Assembly: GCA_934130105.1 (NCBI GenBank)
Contig: CAKOXL010000003.1
Span: forward strand, 2,406-66,405
Length of the DNA: 64,000 bases
Direction of reading: 5' to 3'
DNA from: an uncultured Bacilli bacterium
Lineage (GTDB): Bacteria > Bacillota_I > Bacilli_A > RF39 > UBA660
Made by a program: the position numbers and the translations under genes. Positions 56,203-64,000 of this stretch are shown here, piece by piece. Numbering within the stretch: position 1 is the stretch's first letter; each line of letters starts with the position of its first letter. The notes below the pieces were generated by a model that did not search any database, was not told where the DNA came from, and was given only the letters and a program-made list of their open reading frames with translations.

Positions 56203-58554
56203 AACTAATAACCTAATATTTCTAGGATCCTTCTTGGTTCTTTTCTTTTTAAATAATTTTTGATATATATCTGTATAACGATCAACTAAAATAAAATTAA
56301 TTTCCTTTTTAATATCATTTGGAACTTCATCTAAATCTTTTTCATTACTACTTGGAATAAAAATAGTACGAATTCCATTACGATGTGCACCAATAACCTT
56401 TTCCTTTAATCCACCAATAGCTAACACCTTTCCACGCAAAGTCATTTCACCAGTCATAGCAATATTAGTATGAATGCTAGTATTTGTAAGTAATGAAATA
56501 AGGGTAGTTGTTAAAGTAACACCTGCACTAGGACCATCTTTTGGAACAGCACCCTCAGGAACATGAATATGAATATCTCGATTTTCAAACAGTGAATAAT
56601 CAATATTAAACTTTTCATAATTAGCCTTAATATAATCAAGTGCCAAATTAGCTGATTCTCTCATGACATCACCTAAACTACCAGTCATAACAATACCACC
56701 TTTTCCAGGAAACATGACTGCTTCAATAGGCAAAGTATCACCGCCATAAGGAGTATATGCAAGTCCATTAACTACACCTACATGTTCAATAATATCAACA
56801 TCAGTCCATAAATACTTTTTCTTACCGAGGTATTTTTCAATGTTATAATCAGTAATAAAATAAAAATTATTTTTACCATCTATTATTTTTTCTTTAACAA
56901 TTTTTCTAAATACAGTAGCTAGATTTCTAGTTAATTCACGAACACCAGCTTCTTTTGTATAAGATCTTATCATTGTCAAAATAACTTCATCACTAAAATT
57001 TACTTCTTCTTTAGTTAAGCCATGTTCTTTAAGCTCTCTTGGAATTAAATAATTTCTTGCAATATCTAATTTTTCATACTCAGTATAAGAAGAAAGTTCA
57101 ATAATTTCCAAACGGTCCCTAAGCTCATTAGGAATCTGATCATAATAATTAGCTGTCGTAATAAACATTACCTGGCTTAAGTCGAACTCTTCCTCAATAT
57201 AGTGATCTGAAAAATTTTTATTTTGTTCAGGATCCAAAATTTCAAGCAAACTACTAGCTGGATCACCTTTGATATCCTTTGTCATTTTATCTATTTCATC
57301 TATAACAAATACTGGATTGGAGCTACCTGCTTTTTTCATACCTTGAATAATAAGTCCTGGAGCTGCACCAACATAAGTTCTTCTATGTCCAACTATTTCA
57401 GCCTCATCATTTATACCACCAACAGAAATTTTTGTACATTTTCTATTTAAACTATCGGCAATACTTTTAGCTAATGTTGTTTTTCCTACACCCGGAGGTC
57501 CAACCAAACAAATAATTGGGCTCTTCAAACTATTAGTATTTTTCTTAACAGCAAGATATTCAACAATTCTCTCTTTAACCTGTTCAAGTCCAAAATGTGA
57601 AGAATCTAGAACTTCTTTTACTTTTTTTAAATCGTTATTATCCTTTGTGTAAATATTCCACGGTAAATCAAGTAACCAATCAATATAATTTCTTATCATT
57701 CCTATTTCTGGAGAATTTGGTGTCATTGCTTCGTATCTATTTAATTCAATTCTTAATCTATCTTTAATCTTATTATTACATTTAAGTTTTTCTATTTTTT
57801 CTCTTATTTTACTAATTTCATCATCTTTATCGTTAATATCACCGAGTTCTTCTTTAATTATTCTAATTCGCTCTCTTAAAATATACTCTTTCTGACTTTT
57901 TTCTATTTCAAATGATAACTTTTCATCTATTTCTTTTTCTATTTTAGCTATCTGCATATCATTATTAATATCAGAAATAAGCATTTCAGCTCTCTTAATA
58001 ACAGAAGTTTCTTTGATATAATCTAATTTTCTAGATCCTGATAAAGGCATATTAATTACAACAAAATCTACCAAATTACTAAGATCATCTATTTTATAAA
58101 CCGCCTGAAAAAATTCTTCATTCATATTACTAACTTCTTGGTACTTTTCAACTACATCATATATACTTCTTAAGTAAGCTGAATGCTTATTGAAATCAAC
58201 TATATCATCTATTTCTTCTATATCAGCTTCAAGTACTTTATCATCATTTTTATATTTTAAAATATTTACTCTTCTATCTCCATAAACAACAAGCTTTGTT
58301 TTCCCATTAGGTAAATCAATGTGAAGTTTTATAATGCCAACTACTCCAACTTTTGCTAAATTATCATTTTCTAAATCACCACTGTTAGAGTTGCCATGTC
58401 CTTGTACAATTAATAAATTACTATTATAATACCCCTCTGATAGTGAAAATAATTGTTTATCTATTACTGTATCAAAATTCATTCTTAGCTCACTAAATGG
58501 CAAAAGAATGGCATCATCTAAAATTAGGACAGGAAGACTATTTTGCACATTCAT
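56197..58554 (-). CDS. lon: ATP-dependent protease LonA
   Basis: LON N-domain (LPVLILDDAILLPF), Walker A GPPGVGKTT, Walker B FVIDEIDK, and protease motif PKDGPSAGVT with K in GGLKEK. Confidence 0.93.
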   Translation of the reverse strand: MNVQNSLPVLILDDAILLPFSELRMNFDTVIDKQLFSLSEGYYNSNLLIVQGHGNSNSGDLENDNLAKVGVVGIIKLHIDLPNGKTKLVVYGDRRVNILKYKNDDKVLEADIEEIDDIVDFNKHSAYLRSIYDVVEKYQEVSNMNEEFFQAVYKIDDLSNLVDFVVINMPLSGSRKLDYIKETSVIKRAEMLISDINNDMQIAKIEKEIDEKLSFEIEKSQKEYILRERIRIIKEELGDINDKDDEISKIREKIEKLKCNNKIKDRLRIELNRYEAMTPNSPEIGMIRNYIDWLLDLPWNIYTKDNNDLKKVKEVLDSSHFGLEQVKERIVEYLAVKKNTNSLKSPIICLVGPPGVGKTTLAKSIADSLNRKCTKISVGGINDEAEIVGHRRTYVGAAPGLIIQGMKKAGSSNPVFVIDEIDKMTKDIKGDPASSLLEILDPEQNKNFSDHYIEEEFDLSQVMFITTANYYDQIPNELRDRLEIIELSSYTEYEKLDIARNYLIPRELKEHGLTKEEVNFSDEVILTMIRSYTKEAGVRELTRNLATVFRKIVKEKIIDGKNNFYFITDYNIEKYLGKKKYLWTDVDIIEHVGVVNGLAYTPYGGDTLPIEAVMFPGKGGIVMTGSLGDVMRESANLALDYIKANYEKFNIDYSLFENRDIHIHVPEGAVPKDGPSAGVTLTTTLISLLTNTSIHTNIAMTGEMTLRGKVLAIGGLKEKVIGAHRNGIRTIFIPSSNEKDLDEVPNDIKKEINFILVDRYTDIYQKLFKKKRTKKDPRNIRLLVD

Positions 58555-58688
58555 CCACCTCCTTAAACTTGATACTTATTATAACATCGACACAAAAAAA
58601 AGCAACACAATTATACAACTTTTTACATTGGATAATGTTGCCATTTTTAATAGTTAACATTAATATAATTTACTTTCCAATTTTAGTA

Positions 58689-59279
58689 TTAATTATTACC
58701 TACTTCGCTAACATACTCTTCACCAGTAATAATTAATTTACCATAAAAATACTTGTTCATAATTTCATTGCCAGCACTACTATCAATCCACAAAATAATA
58801 GAAGATGTAACCGTATCTTTTGAATATATAACATCACTAGTAATAATATTATCACTACTAGCTAAATTAGCTGGATCAGTATAACTACCATCATTTTTCT
58901 TATAAACAAATTTTATATAGTCAGTTGATATGGATGAACAACTACTACCATCGCTTAATGTACAATCGTTTAATTTATCAGAATCAATCTCAATTTTCAT
59001 AGTATACGATAAATTCTTACTAGAATTATTAGTCATATTAAATACAAATGGTGTAAGTTTAACACCTTCTTCATCGCTAATCGGATATGAATTTTCTAAA
59101 TTTAAAGCATTATTATCGCTTAATATTTCTGTATCAATCCCACCTATTGAAATAATATTAACACTTTCACCTTTTTTTAAATACTGAAAAAAGCCAAAAC
59201 TTTTACCAACTAAAAAAACTAAAACAACAGTTAAAAGTATAAAAGCTAATACTACTAACACTTTCTTACTCCTTGTCAT
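58689..59279 (-). CDS. Hypothetical secreted or membrane-anchored protein
   Basis: RBS AGGAG. The N-terminal hydrophobic segment ends GKSFGFFQY. It is followed by a Ser/Thr/Asn-rich beta-type domain of about 160 aa. Confidence 0.5.
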   Translation of the reverse strand: MTRSKKVLVVLAFILLTVVLVFLVGKSFGFFQYLKKGESVNIISIGGIDTEILSDNNALNLENSYPISDEEGVKLTPFVFNMTNNSSKNLSYTMKIEIDSDKLNDCTLSDGSSCSSISTDYIKFVYKKNDGSYTDPANLASSDNIITSDVIYSKDTVTSSIILWIDSSAGNEIMNKYFYGKLIITGEEYVSEVGNN

Positions 59280-59327
59280 ATCACCAACTCCTATTTTGAG
59301 TATAACATCTATCCAAAAAAAAAGAAA

Positions 59328-60599
59328 CTATTTATTAGCTTCTTTTAAAAGTTCTATTACTTTTCTCATTTCAAGATCATACTTAATCATATCTTTAGAA
59401 CCAATTGCTTTTAATAGGTCTTCTTCTTTCATAGAATATTTTTCTGATAAAGATTTTATTTCATCTTCTACTTCTTTATCACTTACTTCAACCTTCTCAA
59501 GTTTCATAATTTCTTCTAAAGTTAAACGATAAAGAATATGTTGGTAAGCTTCTTTTTCCATTTGATTATGTAAATCTTCATGAGTAGTTTTTGTAAACTG
59601 ATAATACATATCTAGGCTTAAACCTTGCATTTTTAATTGTTCTTCAAATTTATGAATCATGTGATGAATTTCATCATCTACCATTTCTTCAGGAATATCT
59701 ACTTCAACATTTTTGCTGATTTCTGAAAGTAGAGAATCAATATATTTATTTTCAGCATCCATGTCTTTATTAGCTTTAATATTAGTTTCAATTTCTTTTT
59801 CTAATTTTTCTTTAGAATCAATTCCTTCCATACCTAAATCATCAAAGAAATCTTTGTCTAATTCTCTTACTTCTTTAACTTTAATTTCATTTACCTTAAC
59901 TTTAAAGATAACTTCACATCCAGCTAAATCACTAGCTGCATAATCTTCTGGGAAAGTAACATTAATTTCTTTTTCTTCACCAGTTTTCATACCAACTAAT
60001 TGTTCTTCAAAACCAGGAATGAAAGTATTTGAGCCAATTTCAAGAGAATAATTTTCCCCTTTTCCACCTTCAAAAGCTACTCCGTCTTTGAAACCTTCAA
60101 AATCAATAATAGCTACATCACCGTTTTCAACAGTTCCGTTTTCTTTTACTACTAATTCAGTATACTTTTCTAAAAGATGAGATAATTCATGTTCAATTTC
60201 TTCTTTTGTTACTTTTACTTCATCCTTTGATACCTTTAAACCTTTATATTTTTTTACAGTTACTGTTGGTGCTGTAATAATTGTAAAAGTAAATTCTACT
60301 CCAGTATCATCAATAGACTTAATATCTACACGTGGTTGAACAACTGGAACTATATCTTTATTTTCATCCATAACTTTTTCATAAGCTGTACCTAATAACT
60401 TTTCAGCAGCATCCATGTAAAGACTTTCTTTACCATACTTTTTCTCAAAAATATCTCTTGGACATTTACCTTTTCTAAAACCATCTACTGTAACAGTTTT
60501 AACTTTTTCTTTAAAAGCACTATCTAAAGCTGTAGTCCATTCTACACCTTCAATTTTTATATTAAGTTCTTTTTTATTTTGATTTTTTTCTTTTGCCAT
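59328..60599 (-). CDS. tig: Trigger factor
   Basis: Ribosome-binding N-domain (GFRKGKCPRDIFEKKYG) and FKBP-type PPIase (GDVAIIDFEGFKDGVAFEGGKGENYSLEIGSNTFIPGFEEQLVGMK). Confidence 0.93.
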   Translation of the reverse strand: MAKEKNQNKKELNIKIEGVEWTTALDSAFKEKVKTVTVDGFRKGKCPRDIFEKKYGKESLYMDAAEKLLGTAYEKVMDENKDIVPVVQPRVDIKSIDDTGVEFTFTIITAPTVTVKKYKGLKVSKDEVKVTKEEIEHELSHLLEKYTELVVKENGTVENGDVAIIDFEGFKDGVAFEGGKGENYSLEIGSNTFIPGFEEQLVGMKTGEEKEINVTFPEDYAASDLAGCEVIFKVKVNEIKVKEVRELDKDFFDDLGMEGIDSKEKLEKEIETNIKANKDMDAENKYIDSLLSEISKNVEVDIPEEMVDDEIHHMIHKFEEQLKMQGLSLDMYYQFTKTTHEDLHNQMEKEAYQHILYRLTLEEIMKLEKVEVSDKEVEDEIKSLSEKYSMKEEDLLKAIGSKDMIKYDLEMRKVIELLKEANK

Positions 60600-60654
60600 T
60601 TAAATTTCCTCCAATACGCTTTTATTATAACTTAATTTTTATTTTTGCACAATA

Positions 60655-61506
60655 TTATAAATATTTTTTATACTCATGATCCATTTTCTTTAAAATTTTT
60701 TCCCTTGTTTTTTCATAAGTACTTATTATTGCTTTAGTTTCTTGTTTAAAATTTTTAGCCAATCTACTTTGTGGTAGCAATAACTCTTCATCTCTTATTT
60801 GTTCCAAATTATTAGCTATACAATATTTATGGTATGGCGAAAATATATCCTCATTTATCATGATTCTATAATTTGCACCTTCTAAAAAAGGTAATTGCCC
60901 ACCTTTTGAATTTGCATATCCCCTTTGAGTTAAAATCCTCTTTATTCTTAGATAATTTATGTAATCACTATACTCTAACGTATGACTTTCATAAAGAAAA
61001 GTTAAGTTTAATAATAAATCTAGCCATGGTCCACAAACACCATAACCACCACCAAAAGTTCTTGGATCAGATCTTTCTGGGATTCTTTTTTCAGATAGGC
61101 TTTTTTTAGATACTCCTAAAGAATTATCTTCAATTGTTTCTCTAAATGTATATGGTAAATTTATTTTAATGCTTTTAAAATTACAACCATTATCAAAACC
61201 ATCTTGTATAACTAAATTTTTAATTTTATTATATGATTTATCATTTATAAAAACATTTTTACTCATTTTTAAACCGACTTTTTTAGCACATTCTTTTATA
61301 TAGTCATATAGTCTTTTCTCTGAAAAATAATCATGATGCCTTTGACTTATTGAAAAATAAGTATATAAATTACTATCTTGACAATATACAGTACCATCAT
61401 CAGCTATTTGCATATTTTGGTTACTTCTATTTGACTCCATCCTATATAATGTGTCTAAATAACCATTATCTTTAAATTCTTTTAATATTTTTTCTAATGA
61501 TGTCAA
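60655..61506 (-). CDS. Hypothetical protein (283 aa, TTG start)
   Basis: The TTG start lies 9 nt after AGGGGGA and directly downstream of the greA terminator. No TM segments or recognisable motifs. Confidence 0.5.
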   Translation of the reverse strand: MTSLEKILKEFKDNGYLDTLYRMESNRSNQNMQIADDGTVYCQDSNLYTYFSISQRHHDYFSEKRLYDYIKECAKKVGLKMSKNVFINDKSYNKIKNLVIQDGFDNGCNFKSIKINLPYTFRETIEDNSLGVSKKSLSEKRIPERSDPRTFGGGYGVCGPWLDLLLNLTFLYESHTLEYSDYINYLRIKRILTQRGYANSKGGQLPFLEGANYRIMINEDIFSPYHKYCIANNLEQIRDEELLLPQSRLAKNFKQETKAIISTYEKTREKILKKMDHEYKKYL

Positions 61507-61522
61507 TTTTAATTTCCCCCTA

Positions 61523-61549
61523 TAAAAAAAAGTTAGTTCAAACTAACTT
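61523..61549 (-). terminator. Terminator overlapping the greA stop codon
   Basis: Minus strand reads AAGTTAG-TTTGAA-CTAACTT followed by T8. Confidence 0.65.
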
Positions 61550-62027
61550 ATTTTATCTCTGTAACTTTTACTTGATAACTTCCATTAGGACTATCAACCG
61601 TTACAATATCGCCAACCTTATGTCCCATTAGGGCACGAGCAATAGGACTCTCATTAGAAATCTTACTAGCAAATGGATCTGCTTCTTGACTACCAACAAT
61701 CATATACTCATCGCTATCATCTTCATCATCATCTATATAACTAATAGAAACAGTACTACCAAGGCTTACTTTATCCTTTGAAGTTTCCTCGATAATCTCA
61801 TAGTTTTCTAACATCTGTTCTATCTTTTTAATTCTACCTTCTAAAACTGCTTGTTCATTTCTAGCAGCATCATAATCGGCATTTTCAGATAAATCTCCTA
61901 ATGCACGTGCTTCCTTAATTGATTGAATATTAGCTGGTCTTTTAACATTAATTAAGTCATCCAATTCTGCTTTTAACTCATCTAATCCTTTTTGTGTTAA
62001 ATAAACAGGACTCTTACCACTCATCAT
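61548..62027 (-). CDS. greA: Transcription elongation factor GreA
   Basis: LTQKGLDELKAELDDL...ARALGDLSENADYDAARNEQAVLEGRIKKIE plus the C-terminal globular domain. Confidence 0.93.
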   Translation of the reverse strand: MMSGKSPVYLTQKGLDELKAELDDLINVKRPANIQSIKEARALGDLSENADYDAARNEQAVLEGRIKKIEQMLENYEIIEETSKDKVSLGSTVSISYIDDDEDDSDEYMIVGSQEADPFASKISNESPIARALMGHKVGDIVTVDSPNGSYQVKVTEIK

Positions 62028-62081
62028 ATTCACCTCCACTTACGAATACTTCTAACATTTTAGCACAGCAAGCATAAAATG

Positions 62082-63236
62082 TCAATCATTTTTTGTTGAC
62101 ACCCCTTTGATTAAGCGTAAAAAATATTCATCTGTCATTCCGGCTATATAGTCTATAATAATCCTTTTAGGATCTGTATTTTTTAAATACTCAGGACTCA
62201 TATTGTTTAAAAAAACACTATATATATCACTATCAGTATTATGGTTTTTAATATCACATAAATACTTTTCAAATAAATAATTCATACCTTGCTTATAGGT
62301 ATTTAATTGCTCTGGAGTATTAACTTTACAGTAAATATTTTTATAGTTAAAATCTTTCAAATCATAAATAGCTTTAAATATATCATCGCTTAACTTAATA
62401 TATGGCTTATCAAGACTATTTGCTACTATATCTAGGATAATCGTATTTACAATTTCCTTATTTGTAGTACCAAGAACACTTTTAATATTTTCTGGAACAT
62501 CTTCTCTTTTTAATACTCCAATACGAATAGCATCTTCAATATCTCTACCAATATAACCTATAATATCACTAATACGAACAACACAACCTTCTAATGTCAT
62601 TGGTCTTATCTTTTTTAAAATTTCCTTATCTGTATAGCACATTTCATATTCCGTCAGAAATTCTTCTTTCGTCTTTTCCATAGGTGCATAAATATTTAAA
62701 GGCATTTCACCATTATGGCACATAATACCATCTAGTGTCTGAACAGTTAAATTATTACCATTACCATTTTCTTCTAGTACCACATAATTTCTAACACTTT
62801 GAATATTATGATTAAACATGGTACCTAATTCACGCATAGAAATTTCATTTAAAAGAGCTTCACCCGTATGTCCTAAAGGCGTATGACCAATATCATGCCC
62901 CAAAGCAATAGCTTCAATTAAATCTTCATTCAAATTTAAGCATCTTCCAATCGTACGAGCTATCTTACTAACTAACTGTACATGAATAATACGTGTACTA
63001 ACATGGTCATTAGAACTAAATGAAAATACTTGAGTTTTATTCATATATCTAGTATAAGACATAGAATGAATAATACGATCGGTATCATGATAAAAACTTG
63101 GTCTTACTTCGTTAGTAAAATCTTCTTCTTTTAAACGAATAGCATCACTACTTTTAGTAGCATATTTACTTAAATTTTCTTCTTTTAAAAGAAAATTACT
63201 TCTTGCCTTTTCTAATATTTCCTTATCCATATTCAT
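62082..63236 (-). CDS. dGTPase-like HD-domain dNTP triphosphohydrolase
   Basis: FYHDTDRIIHS...RIIHVQLVSKIARTIG...ALGHDIGHTPLGHTGE...DYIAGMTDEYF is the pattern of the dGTP triphosphohydrolase family. Confidence 0.75.
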   Translation of the reverse strand: MNMDKEILEKARSNFLLKEENLSKYATKSSDAIRLKEEDFTNEVRPSFYHDTDRIIHSMSYTRYMNKTQVFSFSSNDHVSTRIIHVQLVSKIARTIGRCLNLNEDLIEAIALGHDIGHTPLGHTGEALLNEISMRELGTMFNHNIQSVRNYVVLEENGNGNNLTVQTLDGIMCHNGEMPLNIYAPMEKTKEEFLTEYEMCYTDKEILKKIRPMTLEGCVVRISDIIGYIGRDIEDAIRIGVLKREDVPENIKSVLGTTNKEIVNTIILDIVANSLDKPYIKLSDDIFKAIYDLKDFNYKNIYCKVNTPEQLNTYKQGMNYLFEKYLCDIKNHNTDSDIYSVFLNNMSPEYLKNTDPKRIIIDYIAGMTDEYFLRLIKGVSTKND

Positions 63237-63264
63237 TATTCTCCATTTATATTATTTTAAGAAT

Positions 63265-64000
63265 TTATTTTGCTTCTTCTCTTAATTTTTTTACTTCTTT
63301 ATTTTCCAAATACTCATCATATGGTAATCTTCTATCTATTACCCCAGTTGGCAATATTTCAATGATACGATTAGCTATTGTTGATACAAATTGATGGTCA
63401 TGAGATGCAAATAATAATTCTGAATCATATTTTATTAATCCATTGTTTAAAGAAGTAATGCTTTCTAGATCAAGGTGAGCAGTAGGTTCATCTAATATTA
63501 ACATATTTCTTGCTTCTAACATACATTTTGATAACATACATCTAGCTTTCTCACCACCTGATAAAACTGGTACTTTTTTAAACACATCTTCACCAGAGAA
63601 TAACATTCTACCTAAAAATCCTCTTAATACAGTTTCATCGTCAACATGATAGTATCTACCAATCCACTCCATAATATTGATATCATCTTTAAAATATGCT
63701 GAATTATCTTGTGGAAAATAAGATTTTGTAACTGTTTTTCCCCAAATTACTTCGCCAGAATCAAATTTTTCTTCACCCATTAGTATTTTAAATAACATCG
63801 TTTTTGCCATATCATTATTTCCTACAAAAGCAATTTTATCTCCTTTTAATACCGAAAATGATATTTTATTTAATATTTTTTTACCATCTACTGTTTTACA
63901 CAAATTTTTAACTGTTAGAATTTCTTTTCCAGATGGTTTTTCCGGTTTAAAATCGATATATGGATATTTTCTTGATGATGGGATAATTTCATCTAATTCA
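63265..64000 (-). CDS. ABC-F family ATPase, C-terminal part (the gene continues beyond the window end)
   Basis: My own translation stays open upstream of the track start: ...ELDEIIPSSRKYPYIDFKPEKPSGKEILTVKNLCKTVDGKKIL. Also GNNDMAKT (degenerate Walker A), LSGGEKARC and LILDEPTAHLD. There are no TM segments. Confidence 0.75.
   Translation of the reverse strand, partial: ELDEIIPSSRKYPYIDFKPEKPSGKEILTVKNLCKTVDGKKILNKISFSVLKGDKIAFVGNNDMAKTMLFKILMGEEKFDSGEVIWGKTVTKSYFPQDNSAYFKDDINIMEWIGRYYHVDDETVLRGFLGRMLFSGEDVFKKVPVLSGGEKARCMLSKCMLEARNMLILDEPTAHLDLESITSLNNGLIKYDSELLFASHDHQFVSTIANRIIEILPTGVIDRRLPYDEYLENKEVKKLREEAK

Overview
Very AT-rich chromosomal segment from a low-GC Firmicutes (Bacillota) endospore former. 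From about 5.5 kb to the end, almost every gene lies on the minus strand. The backbone is housekeeping: recG, pyruvate:ferredoxin oxidoreductase, cdaA-cdaR, a Tam41-like gene, ddl, a murF-like gene, murI, polC, dnaE, rpmB, a T-box leader followed by an HD-hydrolase gene and valS, ysxE-like and spoVID-like genes, lon, tig, greA, a dGTPase-like HD protein and a partial ABC-F ATPase. There are four tRNAs (His, Ile, Thr, Lys). Sporulation and spore-surface content is prominent. It includes a SleC-like cortex-lytic enzyme, four paralogous collagen-like (BclA-type) genes with a GT2-TPR glycosyltransferase, a cotJ operon with a fused CotJA/CotJB, a single-domain Clp-D1-like AAA+ protein, and spoVID/ysxE-like genes. 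An accessory module encodes an OmpR-type two-component system next to a MacB/FtsX-type ABC exporter, with a direct-repeat operator at its promoter. The most interesting non-coding signal is an ORF-free stretch of about 575 nt with its own promoter, a closing helix between its 5' and 3' ends and a U-tract. It lies about 10 nt upstream of a lysine-rich four-TM protein carrying a DxxxD motif. I read this as an OLE RNA / OapA-type locus, or an undescribed analogue if covariance-model searches fail. Two promoter-plus-terminator small-RNA candidates flank recG and share a GC-rich 10-mer. No CRISPR array, transposase, integrase or rRNA was seen. All functional calls come from motif recognition by eye, and no database search was run.
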